Below are positions 56,301 to 64,000 of a DNA stretch of 64,000 nucleotides, in pieces (the stretch's first letter is position 1; the number at the start of each line of letters is the position of its first letter). Below the pieces are notes generated by a model, which saw nothing but the letters and a program-made list of their open reading frames with translations, was not told the DNA's origin and did not search any database. This DNA is from Azolla caroliniana (lineage: Eukaryota; Plantae; Polypodiophyta): assembly GCA_043228905.1 (NCBI GenBank), contig JBHGNT010000020.1, positions 14,260,001 to 14,324,000 of the forward strand, given 5' to 3'. The translations under genes and the position numbers were made by a program.

Positions 56301-58603
56301 AGTTTACTGTTTCGGAGATAAACTATGAGGTGCATGACAAGGAGTTACTAGCTGTGGTCGACTCATTCGAGCAATGGCGTCATTTTCTAGAAGGATCACC
56401 TCATCAGATTATCATTTATAGTGATCACAAAAATCTCACATATTTTCAAACAGCTCGAGTATTAAATAGACGACAAGCTCGGTGGGCCCAATTTCTAACG
56501 CGTTTCGATTTCAAGATCATTTTTCGCCCCGGAAAACAACAAGGGAAAGCAGATGCTCTGTCTCGGCGTTCGTATCTAGCCCTTCGACCTGGAGATCCGG
56601 CCTTTGACAATCAAAAGCAAACTCTCCTCAGGCCATCAAAGCTACAGGTAACAACAATTTATGCCACACCACTTGATTCTACCCTTCTTGACACTATTCG
56701 GCAACAACTTCATTCGGATGATTTTGCTAAGGATGTCTTAGCCCACTGTGGTTCAAGTCATCCATCTTGCTCCTCATTGCCAGGGTCATCTCAACATTAT
56801 CAGGACTTCAAGTGGCAAGATGGTTTACTCTTCTACAAGAATCTCCTTTACGTCCCCGACGGATCACCCCGACTTCAAGTGTTGGAACATTGTCATGATG
56901 CCCCCATGGCTGGACATTTTGGTATTTCCAAGACCATTGAGCTGGTGAAACGTTCATTTTGGTGGCCTCACTTGAAAAAATTTGTCGAAGATTATGTTCA
57001 CACTTGTGACACCTGCTGTCGCGCCAAAATACCCCGGCATCACCCTTATGGCTTACTACAAGCATTACCCCCTCCCAACAAGCCCTGGCAGTTTATTTCA
57101 ATGGATTTCATTACGGATCTGCCACCTTCCAAAGGCTTCGATACTATTTTAACAGTAGTGGATCGGTTCACCAAGATGGCACATTTTGTACCATGTGTAA
57201 AGACCATCAATAGTGAAGAAACTGCAGATCTCATTATGCGTGAAGTGTTTCGCCATCATGGTCTCCCGAATGATATTATTAGCGATCGAGGTCCTCAATT
57301 TATCTCACACTTTTGGAAGCACCTATGGGCAGGCCTCAAAATCTCTTGCAAACTCTCTTCGGCTTATCATCCACAAACTGACGGACAAACAGAGCGCACA
57401 AATCAAACGCTCGAGCAATATCTTCGATGTTTCATTAGTTATCAACAAGATGATTGGAGTAAAATTTTACATCTTGCCGAGTTTGCATACAACAACACGG
57501 TCCACTCTTCTACCAAAGTTACACCTTTCTTTGCCTACACCGGCAACCGCCCTCGATGGTGTATATTGGATCTTCCCAAGGTGTCACGAAACCCTAGTGC
57601 GGCGCATCACCTCCACCGACTACAACAAATCCAGTTCGAGTTATCGTCACATCTTCAGAAAGCGCAAGCACACCATAAGACCAATGCCGATCGACATCGT
57701 CTTAAGTCTCCGTTTAAGGTTGGTGACCGTGTATGGTTGCTTTGTCGTCACATCAAGACTACCCGACCGTGTGCTAAGCTTGACTATCAACGCTTAGGTC
57801 CTTTTGTCATCACGGCGCAGATTAATGATGCAACATTTCGTCTTAACCTTCCTGCACATATGCGGCTTCACCCTGTCTTTCATAGCTCTCTTTTGGAACC
57901 TTGCCACACCTCTTTAATTCCTAATCGTGTCGTGCCACCACCGCCTTCTATACAACTTGTGGACGGCCCCGAATACGAGGTAGCTGCTATTCTCGATTCT
58001 AAGATTGTGCGCAATAAGCTTTATTATCTAGTTGATTGGCTTGGTTATCCTCCGAGTGATCGCACTTGGGAACCCATCGATAACGTTTGTAATGCTGAAG
58101 CTTTGGTCAACGACTTCCATCGTCACTATCCAAACAAGCCCGGCCCAACAATGTTAACGCCGACTTCCACTCGACGTTCTCGAAGGAGGGATAGTGTCAT
58201 GAACACATGACCATTATGGCGTCACCCGAACTTGAACCTCGAACCTTGTAATTCATACTTGAAAACCTCAACCATTAAGATAGCTTATTGTTATATGAAA
58301 CAATAAAAGCTACTTCTTGTATTACATTGATTATTGTAAAAACTCTAAATTATTCTAGAATGTTCTAGAATGTCCTAGAGCATTCTAGGTCTAGAACATT
58401 CTAGAACATTCTAGAAATCTCTAAGCTATTCTATAGGAACCTATAAATAAGCGCATACATGTATTCTCAAATCAATTCGAATCAACACCAGTCTTTAGCT
58501 CTCATTACATATCTTGTATCCATTCTCTTTCTTTCTCTATCTTATACATCCATTCTTCTCTATCCTTCTTCCATCACTCTATCTTTTATCCTTGGTTCTG
58601 ACA
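52911..58603 (+). mobile_element. Chromovirus Ty3/gypsy element H, full length, with several nonsense and frameshift lesions
   Basis: TSD GTGCA (52906-52910 / 58604-58608). 409-bp LTRs 52911-53319 and 58195-58603, two mismatches noticed. Gag 53396-54559, pol about 54550-58210 with YLDD and chromodomain. Confidence 0.96.
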
Positions 58604-60365
58604 GTGCACATCCAAACTAATCCTATCGGTGTTCCCATTGTAGTAATATCTCGGTTCTCCACGACTAGTTGGCATTGGTCTCGGATGGAGTATAGGTCTC
58701 GGATGGAGTATATCGCACATTCGACAAACGCTTCCGCAAATTCGTCCACTATCGAACTGACTCCGGAGTTCCGGATCGTGACCTTGTTCACCGCTTGCAA
58801 ATCTTGAATGAATTGGAGTGGCCCATTCTTCTTAGGAACCATAAACCATTGATTTGAGTATGGAGCGTTTGATGGCTCTAGAATCCCTATCGACTACTTC
58901 TTCGACTACTTCCACGATCTCTTCGTCTTCATTTACGATTGATGCAGACCATAACTCATCTTGCACCTTTCGGAATTTTTTCTTCATTACTCTGGTTACG
59001 GCCGTGTATGTAGATGCCTCATCCAGACCAATTCGTACTGGTTTTGCTCCGAGAGTTTTGTTCCTGTGTGGAGTATTAGGGCTTCTAGGACTATCACTTC
59101 CCCACTTTGCAACAGTCCGCTTTAAAAATCCATTTTTGTTTCAATGGGACAAGAGCTCTCTCTTATTCCTTTCGTGATTTGATGGCACAGTTAGGAATTG
59201 GATGGTTTTTCCTCCGCTTTGGCTCCGAATTCGTGCAAAAGCCGCTCCGCTATCAAGCACCTTTGTCTCCATCCGTGAAGCTGTGATAAAAGGTTGCCCA
59301 AGGATTATGGAATGTGAGCCCTCATCTTGCATGAAAAGATGCCTTTGCTCTAGATGACTCCCCCACACGTATTCCCGCAGTTGTCACATAATTGCTTTTC
59401 GCCGCTATCTCCTCCCCTAGGACCTTCTTCATGCTGCCTTTTCGGATGTTTGGCCGGAGTAGCCTCTGAGAGTCCATCGAATGAATCCGATTTCACTCGT
59501 AGTAGATAAAATGCCATCGTAGTGCCTCCTTGTGCTCATCACAATCCTTCTGATCATGTTCAGTACTATCACACCATATGGACTGACGATCCATATACTT
59601 GGAACTTGTGGGACGGTCTTCCGATTTTTTCACTACTGTGATTTTCAGATTCTCCATTTCCTTCATCAACTCCTCCACCATGGTTGCATCGATTCCCTTC
59701 TCGGTCGTAGTCTCCCGAGCCCATAGTTGTTGGTCTTTTAATCTGGATCTTGGTTTCGGAATCCGTTCTGAAATCCTCTTTTCTTCATTACCAAGCCATT
59801 GCCCCCTTTTTGTGTATCGCATGACGATATCCTGCACGTTTCTCCATGTATTGGTGAGGCCACTCTCAGTAGTCGTGTCCTCTACAAGCATTCGAAGGTC
59901 TTTCCGGTCCCGGACGTCTACGGCTCGTAAGAACATGATGACTTTGTCCGGTGCGAGGATAGCTTGATCTCTCGCGAACAACCTCCCGAATCGACTTTCG
60001 AATGCCGAAAACACATCGAGGACCTTCAACCCCTTGTCCGGCATTTCCACCCAATCTTCGAATCCCCTCCGCGTTGCCTTCGATGAGTCCTCGATAGGGA
60101 ACGTGGTCTTCAACACTTCTTCAAATGCTTCCCATGTCGGAAGTTGGTGTCGTAACCCGTGGATACTCCCTTGAAGCCCGTCCATAGCCACCCGATTGAA
60201 GGATGTCACTTGCAATCCTTCCGATATTCTGCATCGTTGTCGAGAAGATTGTGGTTGTGTGTCGCAACCGCCGGGGTTCTATGACTCGGGGATGATCGGG
60301 GTGAACACGCGTAATCGCAGATGGTGCGATGACAAGTAGCCGAGAAGGCAAGATAAATGCGATGT

Positions 60366-63300
60366 TGTCGCGAAAAGAATTTTATTTGTAAAACAACCAC
60401 TTACAATATTTATTTGCTAAAAGTTACTTGGCAAGACTTGAACTCACAAACTCTATTTGAGAAGAAGCGTTTGCAATAGACCACTTCAATCTCCTTGGTT
60501 TCTATTTATTTGTCTTTCTCTTTCACTTTATATATACGAAATTTATATTACAAAAATTCATTACCAAAAGAAGTTGTTCGAAGAGGATTCGATCTCACAA
60601 CCTTTTGTTTACAAAGAGGGTACACCACTTCAACTTCTTCCTTTTCTTGTATTTTCTTTCTTTTCTTAACTATTGTCTTGATTTCTGCAAGCCACCATCT
60701 TCTTTGGCGAGCTCTGCATCCCACACCCACGCGAGCTTCTTCACTCACTTTTCCTTCCTTTTCTTCTCCTTCTCCTCTTTCCCCCCTTTAGCCACCGTTG
60801 GCGTGGCTTATATAGGGTGGTCAACCGCCCTACCACCCTCTTGAGGCGGTTTGTCAACGGCCTCATGCAGGTAGTTATATTTATTATATTTATTTTTATT
60901 TATTGTATATTATTTTATACTTTGGGTGCTTCCAAAGGTAACCTTGGTGCAAGAAAAATCGGTGTGCCTTCTTTCGGAAATTTGAGAAATTTCTCCCACT
61001 CCAAGTTCCTTCCTTCCATGGTGCTTGTAGATACTTCCAGATTTCCTTAAACTCTTCATTATACTCTTCTTCTTTAAACTCATGTTCTTCATGTGGCTCA
61101 CCCCCTCTAATTGCATTTATGACCAAAGTTGATTCTTCTTCGTCGCTATCTGATTCTGCCACTTCCTCTTGTTCATATTTTGCTCTGGATAACATATCAG
61201 CCATTGCATTCTTCTCACCAGATATATGTCGAACATCTGGGTTGATGGTTTTGATGTAGACATACCACCTAAGCATTGCTTGGTTTGGAATATTGCAATT
61301 TGCAATAATCCCCAGAATTGGTAAGCAATCTGTCTCCACAATCACCTCAGCACCAACCAGATAGTCCCTATCCGTCTTGATAGCAATGATTATCCCCTAG
61401 AGCTCTCTCTTCACTTGCGCATACTTTTGTTGACATCCGCTATGTACCTTTGCACCAAATCGAATCGGATGTCTTTCTCCTTCCTCATCTTGTTGGCTTA
61501 TTACCCACCCGATTCCAATCAGACTTGAGTCAACTGTGAGGATTATTGGTTGGGTGTAGTCAGGTTGTTTCAATGCAGAAGCTTTAGCCAGATTCTCCTT
61601 TAGTCTTTTAATTGCATTTGAGTGTTCTTCTGTCCAGTCAAATGCTTCCCCTTTTCTTAATAGCCGATACAATGGATCTGATATGTGGGCATAATGTGGA
61701 ATTCACCTGCAATAGAAGACACATGCACCCAAGAACCTCCGAACTTTAGATACAGAGTTGCATTCTTCTTTTATATTTTGTATTGTGTTGATCTTTGTTG
61801 GTGCTGGCTTTCTTCCATATGACCCACACATATGTCCTACACTAGTACTTCTTGAACCCTGAATATTGATTTTGGAGCCGAAAGTGCTAGGTGTACCTCC
61901 TCTAGTCTTGAAAGCACTTTATCACAATCTTCTATGTGATCCTTGATGAACTTCCGACATCCACTACTATCCAATTCTTCATTCTTCATTCTTTCCTCGC
62001 ATCCTTTAATGGGTATATCATCAAGAAAGGCATGGTTATGTGAGGAATAAAATCTCGGAGAACTTTGTGCATACTATTCATCATGTGAGCGACTGAGTTG
62101 GTCGCACCTTAAGGTAGGGTACACATTCGAAGTAATCCAATAGGAGCCCTAATGGAGGTGATATCCCAACTACGAACCGCAAGCTGGAACTGGTCATAGC
62201 CGGAGTAGAGATCACCCATAGAGTAGATCGCCCTTCCAGCGAACATCTCTGCAAACTCATCTACTATTGGCCCTACTCCTGAATTCCGGATAGTAACTTG
62301 ATTCATAGGTTGCATGTCTTGAATGAATCGAAGCCGCCCATCCTTGCTCGAGTATGGAGCGTTTGATGGTTCCAAGATGCCCATGTTCATTTTCTCTTTC
62401 AGAAGCTCGATTAATTGCGGTATCCTTGCTCTTGGCACTGGGATTGGCGTCAGATTCCACGGAATGTGTGGGATCATGAAGATGACCATTGGTTCAACTA
62501 CTTTCGGATTCACACATCCAATTTCTTCAGGGTTGAAGGAGAATGCTTTCCCATGCCGCCCTAGCATTTTTCTGAATTCTGCTTCTTCTATAGGTGTTAG
62601 GAAGTCCTCCCCTCCAATTCTTAGTTCTTTAATTGTTTCTTCCGTGAACTTGTGCCCAATTCTCTTTGGATCCCGAAGAATTGGCTCAGTCGACACCTCC
62701 TTCATTATCTTTTCATTGTCTTTTGGAAGTGGTGTTGCTGCTGGCCGGACCTTCTTCACCACCGTTTTGTACTTTGTGTTTATTTGAGCTTCTTCATTTT
62801 GAACATACTCCTTGATGGTTTTGAATAGCTCGATGGAATTTACCACAACTTCAACTTCATCATCTTCCGTCATTAGAGACTCCAACTCTCCTACTGTATC
62901 TTTAAAACAATATTCTTCAAATATATTCACTAATTTTTATTATGAATCAATCATACCTCCACCTTGTAATTCTTTTTCTATTTTTCGGAATTTCTTTCCT
63001 TTGAAATCTTCTATTATAGTTGTGCCATCTACCGACGCAACATATAATTTACCTTTATCTTCAATGCTATGAATGGGGCTTCTTACCTCCCTCGGGCCAT
63101 CACAACCCCTTTTTTGTAAGGGCCCGCTCTAGAAATCCTATACGAAATCCCCCACATCTCGTAGATTCTCCTTATTCCTCTCATGATTTGGTTTAACAGT
63201 AAGGAACTGTACCGACCTCTTCCCATCCTGGCTTCGAATCCTAGTAAACGCCGCTCCATTATCAATCACTTTAGTCTCCATCCACACTGTTGTGATGTAC

Positions 63301-64000
63301 GGTTGCCCTAGAATTATTGGTTAAAATGACTTCTCTTGGACGAAGAAGTTTTGATCTACTGACACGTCCCCAATTATAACTTTAATATTTGGGCATGCGC
63401 CACATAAATCCTCCACGACCTCAGTCATTGCTCTCACCTTCCAACCGTGGTTCCTTTCTATTGGCAATCTCTTGCGATTGTAAATATCAGACGATATGAT
63501 ATTGATCTCGGAGCCATGGTCGATGAGTGCCACACATGGTTCCATCTGATCTCCAATTCTGACTGGAACCTCGGTTGTCGCCCAAGCCTAGTGTGTGCGG
63601 GTGTAATGGGTTCGTTCCTCTTCATGACGACATTGTGTGTCAACACTCCGTACCCCGACTAACAATGCAGTCTCCATATCTTCATCTTCGTCCCGCATCA
63701 TGACGATATTTACTCCTCCAGTTTCTTCAACCACTTGTCTTTTCCTCTGAATCACATCAATGATCACTTCTCGGAGTGTTAACTCAACTTTACTATCGAG
63801 AATCCTTGATTCTAGCACTGCTTTAGGTCGGTGGATGTTTCGATGTTGGAGGCGAGTTTGAATGACGGGGCTATCTTTTGCTTACCTTTGTCTTCTTTCA
63901 TCGCCTCCACAACAACTCGTTTAGTTTCTCGTCTCTTTTGTTCTCGAGTCTCGGGTTTTCTAGAAGGTCCCGCTTCTTCAGTTCTCCTTCGTTTTTCTTC
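60366..64000 (-). mobile_element. Second non-chromovirus gypsy element (Phygy-like), degenerate, integrase missing, runs off the window
   Basis: Probable LTR starting TGTCGCG at 60366. RNase H (IVETDCLPILG, LTVDSS), RT (YSMGDLYSGYDQF), protease (ALIDHGSEINI) and gag remnants to 64000. Confidence 0.78.

Larger units (their letters stand above)
24880..60365 (-). mobile_element. Non-chromovirus Ty3/gypsy element I (Phygy-like, inferred), degenerate; outermost layer of the central nest
   Basis: 3' LTR 24880-25545 (TGTCGTG...TACGACA) with PPT GAGGGGGCGAG. Integrase and RNase H 25680-27629, RT 52464-52910 and 58604-58880 (FLDDIP, LPQGATNSV), protease and gag 59141-60215. Frames rejoin across nested elements (IPHYAHIANPHYHLLRKG). 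No 5' LTR in the window. Confidence 0.82.

Noticed and set aside
60366-60890. 5' LTR of gypsy element I
   Set aside because: It does not match the 24880-25545 LTR beyond TGTCG, so it is treated as the terminus of a different element.

Overview
This is a eukaryotic, transposon-saturated window with no recognisable host gene. The retroelement types suggest a plant, most consistent with a bryophyte (inference). It is a stack of nested Ty1/copia and Ty3/gypsy LTR retrotransposons, most of whose boundaries can be fixed by LTRs and target-site duplications (TSDs). The standout is a cut-and-paste DNA transposon at 28320-49738, with 36-bp terminal inverted repeats (TIRs) and a 4-bp AAAA TSD. It is about 9.1 kb once two later LTR insertions are removed. 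It carries an intact 926-aa Sola-like DDD transposase and, divergently, a 6-exon gene hidden from the ORF track by introns and those two insertions. The gene reassembles without stops or frameshifts into a 974-aa ParB/Srx-like domain plus beta-class DNA amino-methyltransferase (6mA/4mC-type) fusion. Its first intron holds an array of 43-bp perfect palindromes. Secondary signals are antisense tRNA-like (Pol III A/B-box) cassettes in the U3 of several unrelated gypsy LTRs, Tf1-like self-priming sites, a conserved -1 frameshift hairpin, and an LTR family with 4-bp, CpG-centred target sites. All family assignments come from motifs read by eye, not from database searches.
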